The notes beneath the pieces are model-generated. The model saw nothing but the letters and a program-made list of their open reading frames with translations, was not told where the DNA came from and did not search any database. From the NCBI RefSeq assembly GCF_947568905.1, contig NC_079171.1, positions 49,476,001 to 49,540,000 of the forward strand: a stretch of 64,000 nt of DNA, read 5' to 3'. A program made the translations under genes and the position numbers. Position 1 is the stretch's first letter. Each line of letters begins with the position of its first letter. Shown here in pieces: positions 1 through 13,300 of the stretch. Source of the stretch: Ostrea edulis (Eukaryota).

Positions 1-378
1 TTTTTTTTTATTGTACTGTACAATACTGTTATGTATCAATAAACAATTGTTAGTCATGATTTTATTTCTACTTGTTTTGATAAGGCTAAAAATATATATG
101 TTGGTTTCCACTTTCCTGTCCAACCCTAAAAATTTCTGCCGACCCTAACATCGGATTATCCATGACAGTGCATTGGGACGCACTACATACCTGAACTTTT
201 AAAAACCCTAATTTACCTTACCAACATATAACAGCTAAACCCCATTAAAAGACCCAAAAGAAAAGAACTTCAGTTGCTATTTCAAATGTAGTTTGTTATC
301 ATAATTATGTCCTTTCGGTGTAATTTATTATTCCTAAGGGTTGTTTAAAATTGTTTTATACGTTATTAGGGTATTCCC

Positions 379-1212
379 ATGTTGGAATTCCCATGGGCAC
401 GAATTGTGCTCCTTTGTTAGCTGACCTGTTTTTATATTCATATGAAGCAGAATTTATTCAAAAACTTCTACGTGAGAAGAAAAAATATCTCGTTGTGACC
501 TTCAATTCGACTTTTAGATATATCGATGACGTTTTGTCTATTAACAATGATAGCTTTCATTCATATGTCGATTTGATATATCCCTGTGAGCTCGAAATAA
601 AGGACACCACAGAGTCGTCCACTTCTGCTTCATACTTAGCTATTTTATTGAAAGTAGACATTAACGGCACACTAACAACTCAACTGTATGACAAACGGGA
701 TGATTTCAGCTTCTCCATCGTCAACTTCCCACATTTATGTAGCAATATTCCATGATCACCTGTATATGGTGTTTATATATCTCAACTGATTCGATATGCA
801 AGAGCTTGTTCTGGGTATAGTCAGTTTTTAAATCGAGGTAAGCTAATGACAAACAAGTTGATGGTACAGGGATTTCAACAGTCTCGATTGAAGTCAGCAT
901 TTCGCAAAATCTATGGTCGTTATAACGATCTAGTTCGTCAATACAATCTCGCATTGGGTCAAATGCTGTCCGACGTGTTTGATACCGATTGTTAAGCCGT
1001 TCTTGGCACACTGATTTGACTGCGGATAACTCCGTTTACCTGATCAGGATATGGGGCTCACGGCGGGTGTGACCGGTCAATAGGGGATGCTTACTCCTCC
1101 AACGCACCTGATCCCACCTCTGGTGTGTCCAGGGGTCCGTGTTTGCCCAACTATCTATTTTGTATTGCTTGTAGGAGTTATGAGATTGATCACTGTTCGT
1201 TATCTTCACCTT
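379..1212 (+). mobile_element. Penelope-like element, 5'-truncated (RT C-terminal half plus 3' UTR)
   Basis: GIPMG...RYIDD...LYDKRDDF..VNFP...SNIP..YGVYISQLIRYARAC are PLE RT palm/thumb motifs. One premature TGA at 753-755; the natural stop is at 993-995; the 3' end is ...CGTTATCTTCACCTT. Confidence 0.9.
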
Positions 1213-3551
1213 GCATTGGACAATATATTTATGAAAATTGCTGCTAAAAATTTAAACATAAAGATCCAGTTTAATAACTGTAAAACAAACGCTATCAAAA
1301 CAGAAACATACCTTTCTTTTTCAAAGAGGTATAGTGCATTTGCTGACGATACGGCCGACTCAGAAATCTAAATGGAAAACACCGGTTTCCAATAATAGAC
1401 TGGTGTGTTATATCTAAATATAAGGCCAACGTTTTTTATGGTTTTTGATGTTTCGTTAACCAAGATAAATAACTGCCGCAGTTTAGCATTACTGACATTT
1501 AAATGAGTCGTTCTTTACTTAATAAACCATTTCCCTATTTGGAATGATGAACAATACAATATTTTCATAGACCTGTGCATTCATATTACACAACAACCCT
1601 TTAACATATGGCATTACTTAACTCACTGTTCTGACATGACTGCAGCGCCTTTAATAGATGGCATTAGTTCATTTGCCTTTGGTTGATAATTCGAGTGTTT
1701 ATCTTTGCCTAAATATCATATGACAGTTGCTACACGAGGTTTTTTTTTTTTTTTTTTTTTGAGAAGTCAAACTGTATAACAGTTCTTTTCCTCTCTTGAC
1801 TTATTTTTACTTATTACATACTGTACATTTGTGTCCTTTTCTTGTAGTATTTGTTTAGCTTTTCGTCAACCACATTACGGTTTGAAATTCCTGTGCACAC
1901 AGGAACATGTTAGTGTAAACAAGCGGAACTACAATAATCTCGGAATAAATTCCCTTTCTTTAAGTCGTAACTTGCAAATATTAGAAGTTATAATGAAAAT
2001 GACTAATATTTGTTATAATATATGTATCACATTTAACCCCCCCCCCCCTTCAAGAAAACGACCCCAAAAAAATGAAAAGCAAAAAAAAAAAAAATAGATT
2101 GGAAAAATATTGGACTTGAACTCGGGGAATGTATGGTTTAAGTGTAAGATTACCGAGCACCTAAACCACTAGGCCACCCAAGATTGTAAGTTTAAAGGTT
2201 TAACTTTTGACAGGCTGCTAAATCTCAAGGTAAATTTTGAGAACGATTTTTTTCATATTTTATCCATTTTCAACAAGAGGGCCACCTTAAACCAAATTTC
2301 CTTAGACGGACTTATATACAGTCATAATCAGGTAAAACAACTTCAGTGTTTTATTCCTGGTTTAAGGTGGCCCTTTGCAACAGTTTGCAATTTTTTATGC
2401 CCATTACGTTACATCTACTATATAATCTATATAATCACGGTGATGTTTATGCTTGTCAAATAAATATACTATCAACATATCGATATCTTTATTAAGTAAT
2501 TTGGGTAAACACAAGTATAAAATGACATTGTATAGCAGAATATTTGTAAAAAAAAAATGATATTCAAGAAAAAGGTATTTATGTAGGCGAAATTGCATAC
2601 CAAGTGCGCTATACCTCTTTGCAGATACTTGCACTCTGACACTTCTTGTATGAGGGCCTGTTGTCTGGCATGATGTGGTTTCTTTTTTCCTTCATGCTGA
2701 TTCTGATAAAAGAAAATATATTTCATGAGACGAGTGATAAGGCAGATGAATGACAATGTCTAATTGTCAACACACGCAAATAAACCTAAATAAATACACC
2801 TAAACACAAACACCCTTGTTTTGTCTGTGTTGTGTATTCATGGTGTCGAGATTGTAAGATCCCAAACCCGATCATAAATGCACACAATACATAATCGAGT
2901 AATGGTACCAAATGTACATGAACTGATATGGGAAATATCAAGTTAGTAAATAGTAGTGTTCTTCATTAAATCATATATAGATCAACACATACTCATTTTA
3001 AAATACTGACTTTAACCCCTCTCCCCATCCCTTTAGTTATTACTTACACATGTAGCTGGATCTGGACCAGATGGACCCAGAGTGTCTGCGGCTACCATCA
3101 TACAACCTGTATCCATGCCCTTATTTTCTTTTCCTCAGAGGCTTGATCAGGACCAAGTAATTCAGCTACAACCTAAAATATACAATACAAATGTTAGGAA
3201 TCAATTGCAAATACAATACCATTAATTTGCCAGAGGAATATTACATGTATATATACTGAACATTTGCCAGAATGTACTTCCTATTCCTAATTTTCCCACG
3301 ATGTGTTGCAAGTCTAACTCTAATTATGGTTTTCAATTGTAATCATAATGTATATTCTGTTTTAATGCTATATAGCAAAACGGATGCTCCCGGTTTCTAT
3401 CGGCCTGTATTTCAAGATTAATCATGGTAAAAATTTTCTTGTAATGATATATTTGATAGTTTGAAAATTGTATCAGTAAAGACAAACCCTGTTTCTTTCC
3501 CGTTTGGCTACAACTGAGCGCTCTGGAGTTGGGGACGACAAGAATGCCTCG

Positions 3552-4106
3552 TTAAGGTTGTCCCGTTTTCTTTTGGGGTAGATGGACGGTACACAAACGT
3601 CTCTCGACCGTCATACCAAACTCCCTTATCAAGGAATACTGGGGTTCAAAGCAATCGGGGTTGAAATGTGCGGAACAAATCACGGTGTAATTGCACGAAC
3701 CACTCCATTCAGTACGTGTAAGTTTTACGAAACGAGTCCACGCAGCACGATGTCGCTCTTCTTTCGGGAAAACGTGCACGGAAACACTATCTGATTGTAT
3801 ATTGTTACAGCATGCAACAACACACATACGTCCAGCTACTTTAGCAGTCATTTCTTCCACGATTACCTCGACGATATAAACAAACTCAGAATTGCGTCAA
3901 ACATTTGTTGTGACGTCACGTCCGGAATACCAGCAACAGCCTCGTTATAGATGTCGTAAAGGTGTGCATTCGAGCGAAGATCACTTTTTGATCTATATCT
4001 CGCTTACTAAACAGAAAATCAACGTAATTTTTCGACATATCGTTTTTATTTATTAAACTGCGTCAAAAAAACATACACTTATATTTTGACTTCATAGACA
4101 CTTTAA
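3552..4106 (-). mobile_element. THAP-domain transposon 5' fragment (Kolobok- or P-like)
   Basis: ORF 3552-3860 encodes a THAP zinc finger (CVVACC..HVFPK..W..F...ICSAHF.PDCF); a TTAA|AG-type terminus lies at ~4106. Confidence 0.7.
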
Positions 4107-4112
4107 GGTATT

Positions 4113-4477
4113 TTATGTCCACTAGATCGAAGATCGGGGGCATATTGTTTTCGTCCTGTCTGTCATTTTGTAATTATGTCTGAAATTTTAATCTCGCTAA
4201 TAACTTTTGAACAATGAATGGTACAGCTTTGATATCCTTGTGACAATACCTTTCCGTGGGTACTGAACCTTTTGACCTTGGCATTTGACCTACTTTTAAA
4301 CAGTTTGACATTGGCCATAGCTTCTAGATGGTAAATATCAGAGCTTTCATATTTCACTTGAGCATTTCTTGTGACAATATTTTTCTACTGGTACCGAAAT
4401 ATTTGTCCTTGTGACCTTGACCCTCTTTGAAATTGGCCATTATCGGGGACATTTGTGTTTCACAAACACATCTTGTT
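4113..4477 (+). mobile_element. Helentron/HINE-like non-autonomous element
   Basis: Termini gatcgggggcatattgttttcgtcctgtctgtc ... cggggacatttgtgtttcacaaacacatcttgtt and gtgaccttgacc repeats resemble bivalve pearl/CvA-like elements (family call from recall). Confidence 0.6.
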
Positions 4478-6169
4478 CAAGTTTTCATATTAACCAAATA
4501 TATTTAGCTGCATCGAATTCAGTCCTTACAGATACATGATTTTTGCTGTAATATTGATTTATCTAAGTCAAATTGTCTTTCCGTTTCTCTCTCTGCTTTT
4601 TTGTTGCTTTCTTTCCATAACTTTCTTCTTTAGCTTTCCTTTCCTGCTCTTTCATTTTCTAATTTTATTTTTTGTCTCAAATTGAAATATTCCTTGATAA
4701 TCCGGGTTAAAATAAGTCTTTGATTCCCCTTGCTTGTTGTAAGAGGTGTCTTAATGGGGGCGGTCTTTCAGATGAGACTGCAAAGACCGAGGTCCCTTGT
4801 CACAGCAGGTGTGGTACAATAAAGATCCACTCCTCCTCAAAGGCTATAAGCGACAAGTATATACATTACTTTTGCAACACTTTACGGGCAAAAGCAACGT
4901 TTCCATATGAGTTCAATGTCCACGAGAATGACAGATCTTTACCGACAATTGTGATGTTTCAATATGATTGAACATTTTCGAACGTTAAGTAATGTACACA
5001 TGTACAACCAACCAATTATCCAAATTGAAAATTTTATTTTCTGTGTTCTGTATTTCTTTCTGTATTTCTTTCCGCTTGTTTTATATTTTCCATCCCTCCG
5101 CTCGTTCATTTTCGATTTTGTACTGAAATTTTCCTAATTCTAATTCGAACGATTATTCTACATTTTAGCTGGTTCGGTTATTTGTTTAGAAAGATTGTAT
5201 TCATAAAAAAAATCTGTTTTTAATGTGTGACTGTAACCTTACCTCAAATATCCTGTGTTTTTTCATAGAAGGTATAAAGAGACTTATTGACTTGGAGGGG
5301 GGGGGGCAAATGTTGATGTTAAACAATAAAAATATAACTCGTTTAATGATGACATATATTTTTTGACCTTCTCAATGCATGGGTAAGGGCCATGATTTAG
5401 CCTTAACTTTGTGTTATATAAACAAAGACTCGAGTCTCGTTATGATTACAATCAAACAAGTGAGATAAAAATTGTGTCATTCAAAGCTTCTTACGTTTGC
5501 ACAATCACACAATGAATATTTGAAATGTGATAGATATGATGAACTTACATCGATATTCATTTCTTTTGAAAGCTTAATAAACAATAACATATACCAATCT
5601 TTGTTTACAAAATTATTTTAATAATGAGCCTTTATGATAATTTATAATCCTTTTTATTGACAGCTTTTAAACACACTGAGCAGTAGATTTTGATCAATAA
5701 AAGTGAAAAACACGTTTTAGGACAATCATGCACCAGTCCCTTTAATATCGAATCAGAAGTGTAAACTTAATGCAATTGATAATCCTTTTCAAAGCATCAA
5801 ACACCTTTATATTCGGTGAGGCAAGAACATTTGCGACCGAAACACATGATGATTTCATTTTATCCCGGATGAGTTCCAGTTCGCTTATGGGTCATGGTAA
5901 CTCTTTCAAAGACCTAGAAAGAAAATTAAAAAAAAAAAACAATTTCTTTCCTGTAGTAAATCGGCCATCATTTAACATGGGTTATCCTCTCATTATCTCT
6001 GGATATCCCATGTCTCTGTCTGTCCTGGTTCTAACGGTAACGTTATATAAGTGTTTAATGATCATGGTGAACATTATTGGAGCTACTTGACCTTAATAAT
6101 AGTTGGTATGTCCGTTCATTCTTTCATCGTTTCCGAAAATCCCGGTCCCTATCAGAGCAGTTGCAAACA

Positions 6170-6475
6170 CAGAATGCAGAACAGATAAAATACATCTCCG
6201 TCGCTCTCTAGTCCGGTCTACATTAAACTACGACTGTATATTATATGGGGTGGCAAGAACATCCTATATCTAAGCTATCGATGCAATCCACCAACAAGGA
6301 CTTTGATTATGCACAGGAGCTATTCGAACATCTTTTGTAGATAGTTTGTATGTTGAGGCAAACAAACTCCTTCTCGATCTACGTCGAATAAAATTTATCG
6401 TACAATACATAGTTAAATTGAAAGGTAATACTTACAATCCTGCATTTGACTGCGTATTTCATCTACAGTTTTAAG
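6170..6475 (+). mobile_element. Decayed I/Nimb-clade LINE RT C-terminal fragment
   Basis: Degenerate RSLVRS.L.Y.CI.YG.AR.SY...DAIH.QGL.LCTGA.RTS.V.SLYVEAN...L.LRR.K...QYIVKL motif. Confidence 0.75.
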
Positions 6476-7268
6476 ATTTTATGATGTTGCAGTATTCATC
6501 AACGGCGTTTTCTCGAATGAGGAAAAAGCTATTCAACTTGCCTTTGAATTGTGAAAATTTCTAATAACAACCACCAATAGACACACAAAAGATCATTTTT
6601 TGGAGCAGTCAGGGAAACTCTAGAATTATCTACCAAATACATTAGTTTACTGTGAAATCATCATTGCACATGTTCATGGATTTCGTGGGTCACCCTTACA
6701 CACGAATTTACGTGTCCTCGATCATTTCTTTAAACCAAGCAGAGTTATCTTTCCTAGTTACATCGTATAGCTTACCCATGAAGCTACATTCCCACGAACC
6801 AGTAAAATTTTGCTTAACTACCAAAACTGGCCCCCGCGAATGAAAACTATTCCACAGTAGTTAACCGCCGAAATAGCATAAAGGCTTAAACAATGAATCA
6901 ACATATCGACCAATGAAATTCAATGGTTTCTATCAAAACATGGATGAATTTCTTCTGCGATTGAATGCAATGGTATTTACATTTAGATGAAAAATTATTA
7001 CATTACTTTTTACCTGTGTAGAGCATCGTACGAAGCATGCAATGCTGCTGCACATAAATATGAATATTTCTTTTAGTTTTAAATTGTCATTGTCATTATG
7101 AAATACAGTTTGGATTATGTCAAGTTGTGAGGGCTTTGTTATTCCATTTATAAGGTTTTTAACAATCAGTCGATTTTAGAACTATTCAAGGGCTTAATCT
7201 ACTTTGTGGCAATTTTCTCACTAACATATATAATCAGAATATTTTGTGCAAGATATATGTTTTATTAG

Positions 7269-7380
7269 TCCAGAACTGCTGAGAAAGAAAGCAAGCCTGT
7301 TGTTTGGGATACGCTTTGACGACAACAACTACAACAAATTGACGATGTATCTAGAGACGATCAAAACAAAAGAAGATTTG
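7269..7380 (+). CDS. TRPM exon (MHR region: PELLRKKASLLFGIRF...TKEDL)
   Basis: tag|T CCA ... TTG|gtttgt; phase 2 to 0; joins the IGVFDV exon. Confidence 0.7.
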
Positions 7381-10300
7381 GTTTGTTGGTTTTTTTCCCA
7401 GGTTTTTTTTAATATCAAAAGAAATGCATAATGCATGCTATCATACGATTACATAGGTACCACTGAATAACATTAAAAAGCATTCGATTTATTTTGTGGA
7501 GTTGACCAATGCAAATTAACTTTGATCTCCCCTTATGCCGTACAGGACACACACACTATATCAAATGTTATCTAATTGAGGTAAGCTACTGACAAACAAG
7601 TTAATGGTACAGGAGTTTAAACATTCTTGATTAAAGTCGGCATTTCGCAAATTCTATGGTCGTTATAACGATCTAGTTTGTCATTACAACATATAATTGG
7701 GCCAAACGCTGTCTGACGTGTTTTATAACGATTGTTAGACCGGTCTTGGAACACTGATTTGACTACGGATAACTCTGTTTACCTGATCAAGATATAGGGA
7801 TCACGACGGGTGTGACCGGTCGACAGGTGATATTTACTCCACCTAGGCACCTGACTTCACCTCTGGTGTATCCAGGGGTCAGTGTTTGCCCAACTATCTA
7901 TTTTGTATTGCTTAAGGGAGTTATGAAATTGAGCACTGTTCGTTATCTTCACCTTTCATTGGAGAAACATTTAACCATTGTACATGTAAATACCCGAATA
8001 TTGAATATTGTTATATTTAACAAGAGTTAAATGTACGTATATGAGATATGCCCACATTGTGATGCAAAATAATATTGAAATATCATGTCTGTAGATTGGT
8101 GTTTTTGATGTGGATACTGACGATCCATTTATGCTGTCAAACATTGTTGGTGAAGCTATTGTCAGTTGCTGGGCCATGAAGAAAATATTGACGGAAAAAT
8201 GTAGATCAACCATCTTAATTTTTGTTTTCTTCTGGATATAAATGTTTTAAATATCTAATATTTTTTGTATGAAAACGTTTGGCTCAGAGCTGAGATTTTT
8301 TAAACACTCAGGAAGTATTTCGAAAGCATTTGATAATGTACATTCTAATTAGAAATGGACACATTAATGGAACTTTTATCGAACTATGTACACATGGTGA
8401 AAAAGAAATAACATGCGTATTTCCAATCACCAATTATTACGGTTAGATACTATAAACTTATTTGTATGCATACGATTTTATATACGAATTCAGATAATGG
8501 AAGCTCATCAAAAGAAAACCAACCTGAGGCAACTTTAGATTATGAAACCTCTCGAAATGGGGATCGACCCAAGAGAGCATTTCCAGATTCTAACGTGAAT
8601 GGTCTTGCAATTACTGGTTCCTCATTGGCCTGTAAAGTATTAAAGAGAAATTCGGTGACACCCGAAAAAATTGCACCAGATCAGCTGTTGGAGGTCTACA
8701 AGGAGTCTAGAGCTTATGTACTGAACCCCAAGTACGCTTCTCCTACGGCACTTCCGCTTTACTTTTACTTTAGATATCAGGTTCTTCAGGAATCGGGATT
8801 ACTAAAGGATAGAGGCCACGTAAGTAAATGAAACTATTGTCTTTTTATCTACATTATTAATTTCGCGTTTGGAAATATCGATGGCTACTTATATTAAGAC
8901 AAGTTGAATACACAATTTACGTACAATTTTGGAGATAAGTATACTTTTTATATCGTTGTAGATTCTGCTTTTTGAAGCACTGAGAGCTAACCGTTGTGAC
9001 TATGTAAGAGTTTTATTGGATCATGGAGTGAAGTTTCAACTTTCTAACTTACAAGAGTTATACAAGCAGGTAACTTGGAAACTATCTCCATACACAAATG
9101 GCAGCCGTCAGATTCTCTTACTTGTCAATGTCCTGGTTGTGGGTCAGTAACGGGTATTTATAAAGCAAGACATTGACTGTGAGACAGTAGAAACGACCAT
9201 GTAGTTTAAACCGTTTTCAAAATTTCCTACGCAATTAAGAAGCGATATTTCTTATATTGAATGCATTCTCAAAAAAAGAATATGTAACGTTAAATATACT
9301 GTACATATATTCATCAAATCGGCACAATAATCTGATTTTGAAAGAACCTGAATCACAAACTCCAAAATATGGCCCTTAAAGGTCATAGGAGATGGTTTTT
9401 AACAATACCTTTTCTCTCCATAATTACCAACTTTGTTTCATAGACTCCTCATAAAAATACCTTTTTAAAATTAATAACAATATTAACTCGAATAAATTGA
9501 GGTGCAAAGGTAGTCGGAATAGAAAATCGTTACCCGATTATCGTTCCTGATTTCCTGAATTTGTGACGTCATAAGAGACCACACTCAGATTTGCGAATCA
9601 AAACAAAAGCACATTCATAAACGATTTATTCGCAACTGGAGGAGTTTTTGAATGGGGAACCATAGTTTGTTATGCAAGGATATCACTTTAAACTCATAAG
9701 TAATGCAAATGCCAGCCACATCGACGATTTTTCATCGGGGGACGAACAAGAAGATCAATCACTTGAGGTCCTATTTATTCCGAATCGGTTGACTTGAAAT
9801 AATACTGACTGGTTAATGATAAATGTATGATAATTTCATAGTACATTCTCTGATGACAATAAGAGAAATGTGGATAGCTATTACTTGCACTATTTATAAC
9901 ACCTTGCAGACACGGTGACGCAGCATCGGGGTTTTTTTCCAAGGGGGGTGTGTGTGTCAAATTGAAGGTTGACTGACAAGAAAGGTGGGTATTCTCTCAT
10001 CCCCCTTTGGTTTTATGTGACAAAGTCCCACCCTGACTCGGATGTATTGCATAGCCAGATCGGAATTTCCTTTGCACACATCGTGCGTGAGTGCCGTATT
10101 TTGAATTTATTTTCATGGGATTTTTACAAGTATCGTGAGCTATTTTAGTTTAACAGGTGAATATGATAATAAATATAAATGGCTTTAACATTCTTTTACA
10201 ATAAAATTTGCGACATTAGGGCCTATATGAAGAATAATTTACCATCACATTAGCCGCTATAAGGGCTCTCTCTTGCGTATAATGGTTGGAACTGGAAGCC

Positions 10301-13300
10301 AGGGGAAGAACGAATTCTTCGTCTGGACCAGTTATTGAAGGAACTGTCGAACAATCCGAATGCCATGACTGTTTTCGTTGGCCATGCGTTTTGGACGAGT
10401 CACACAGACAACTTTAGGTAGCCAAAGAATTCTGGTGTGCGGTCCAGAAAAAATAATTCAAACAGAATAAAACTTTCTAATTTAAACAGTTTTGGAATAT
10501 GTTGAGTCATCGTGGGGTGTGCGACGATGATCAGTTCATAAGCTGCCAGAAAATTTGCACAGTACGCAGGAACTCCCGTAGGAAACTATGTTTGGCAGTC
10601 ATACATCGTCGGATATCCAGTAGGCAGTCAAATGGATACAAGAAAACTTAGAAAAAAGAATAATCTTCCTAATTTATCAATAGCTAACGTCCTCATTTAT
10701 ACAAAATAAATTTATCGAGCTTTAAGTTTTACATGTCGATTCATTAAATTTAATTATCAACGTTTCGATTAACCTGCGCAAGAAAAATGACTCCCATGGA
10801 TTTTTCAATCTTACAAAAACGTACAGGTAATGCAGGTAACACAGATAACACCCCGTGTATTTGGGGTGGTATATACAAGCTAGTAGAGTTCCCTCGGGCT
10901 TGGGGCTTCACACCTGCCTAAAATTAGTCCCTCCCTGCACTTAACTTACCTGAGGAAAACCGACAGGTTGTACAAAATCCTCAGCCTTTAATTATTTTTT
11001 TTTTGTTTTAAATTTTGACCCCAATAAGGAAACCAACGTGCATATTAGTGCTTCATTTGAAGAAAATCACCCCCCAACTCTTGCATGCACGTTAAAATTG
11101 GTTTATTTCACCTGATATAAAAACTTGTAATTTAAATATCGCTCCACCATTTGCTTTGAACATTCTTTTTTAAACAGAAAAATGGCGGGGTCTGATAATC
11201 CAACTTTCAACATATGAAGTTAGTAAACCCATATTCAGTTTATTTATTTATATATTCAGAGAAAAAGATTCTGATCAGAAGAGCTTCATATGACTATTTC
11301 ATAGTTAAATTCATTTCTAAACAAATCAGATCGTGTTTAATGTAAAACATATACGGTACCAATTTTGATGCACCAGATGCGCATTTCGACAAATAATGTC
11401 TCTTCAGTGATGCTCAACCGAAATGTTTGAAATCCGAAATAACTATGAAGTTTTAAATCTAAATATAGCCAAAAACAGCGTGCCAAAAAAGTGGAGCCAA
11501 ATTCGTCCAAGGATAAGAGCTATGTATGAGGGAGATAATCCTTAATTTTGAAATGATTTTCTAAATTTTATAACAGCAATTAAATATACATCCGTATTTT
11601 CAAGCTAATAACGAAGTACTTAGCTACTGGGCTGTAGAGACCCTCAGGGACTAACAGTCCACCAGCAGAGGCCTCGACCCAGGGGTCATAATGTAATTCT
11701 TATACGGTACCAATTTTGATGCACCAGATGCGCATTTCGACAAATAATGTCTCTTCAGTGATGCTCAACCGAAATGTTTGAAATCCGAAACAACTATGAA
11801 CGTTTCACTTATTTTGACAAAAGGACCAATTTTGGTACTTTGTGGCTCCAGTTCTTTGCGGGGTTCTATTTCACTTTTTTATAAGATTCGATTTTTGTTT
11901 TCCATTTTATATCTAGACTGTGTCTTGTAAAGGTTGTAAGACAAACGATGACTGTCTCCACATGCAGTGGATATTAAAGGTAATCAAAGCTTAATTTGAT
12001 ATAGATAACACCGGTGATAATCAACATATATATATATATTTCGATTGCTAGTGAAAGTCTTTGAATGATTCGTTTCTTATTTTAGGAGATATTTGCCCAT
12101 TTTTAGACAAATTATTCGAGAAAGAAAACCCACCAATATTTGGTGATTTTTTATCATATATTAACTGTGTGTCGATGTTGCATGTCCGTATGTCAAAAAA
12201 TGAAATATCTTATTCAGCATATTTTTTTTCGTCCCTTAAAAATCTCATTATGTAAGATGTATTTCGTACATATTTTACAGCAAATCCAAGAGAAATACAC
12301 CAAACAATTATGTCTGCAAGACAAATCCACGACGCATGAAGTCCTAGAGGCAGCAGAAGGTTTATGTCAAAGAATCTTGAGATATAAAGGTATTAACTGG
12401 AAAATTGTAATAATAGAAACTAACATATACTTCTTTCAGTTTTCCAATCACCAGAATGTCACTTTTATTTTCAAAGTACCTTTTTGTCTCATAAATTATG
12501 TTTCCTCGAATAAAATGAGTTGTACGATTTCAAGTATTGATAAGCTGATATAACGCTTTAAGATCAAGTCTATGTAAAAATCAAAAAAATCAGATAGGGT
12601 CTAGCCACTCGATGTCACAGATTTCTTTGATTTTCACAGTATTAACTTTACTTGCACCATCTTACATAATTTCAACCCCACCACCAAATGTCTACCATCC
12701 GTTGCCATGGAAACCGCCAGCAGTCTATGAGGGCTAATTGAACTGCATTTAGATAATTGAACAATTTAGATAATTTGGAAAATACATACAGCATAATCAA
12801 CTGTCATCAAAGTATGTCCATATCAAAGACTCTTAATATATATAAAAATAGTAATGGTGAAACGTAGTGCAATTGATCTGTAGTAGCATGAAAACTGTAG
12901 ATTTTGGCATTTTGTCAAAAAGGGATTTTTTGTTGGATTTCGTTGATGAATTTAGGTAATTTGGAAAATACATACAGCATAATCAACTGTCATCAAAAGA
13001 TGTCCATATCAAAGACTCTTAATATATATAAAAAATATTAATGGTGAAACGTAGTGCAATAAACCTATTGTAGCACGAAAACTGTAGATTTGGGCATTTT
13101 GTCAAAAAGGGATTATTTGTTGGATTTTGTTGATGAATTTAGATAATTTGGAAAATACATACAACATAATCAACTGTCATCAAAGGATGTCCATAACAAA
13201 GACTCTTAATATATATAAAAAGATTAATGGTGCAATTGATCTGTAGTAGCATGAACACTGTATATTTGGGCATTTTGCCAAACATTCATACTAATGACAA

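Larger units (their letters stand above)
11339..11800 (-). mobile_element. Retrozyme-like repeat: 351-nt monomer flanked by two hammerhead ribozymes
   Basis: The direct repeat starting near 11350 recurs 351 nt later, and each copy contains a complete hammerhead core on the - strand. A near-identical monomer lies at 53159-53557 (+). Confidence 0.85.

Noticed and set aside
753-755. In-frame TGA in the PLE RT as a possible selenocysteine codon (some Naiad PLEs encode selenoproteins)
   Set aside because: The copy at ~15425 has TTA (Leu) at this position, and no SECIS helix could be folded from the GUGA...UGAU segment of the UTR. It is simply a nonsense mutation.
721-1371. Recurrent ORFs MCQERLNNRY... 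(-) and MLTPPTHLIPPLVCPGVRVCPT... (+), seen at several loci
   Set aside because: Shadow frames of the repeated PLE 3' end, not a gene family.
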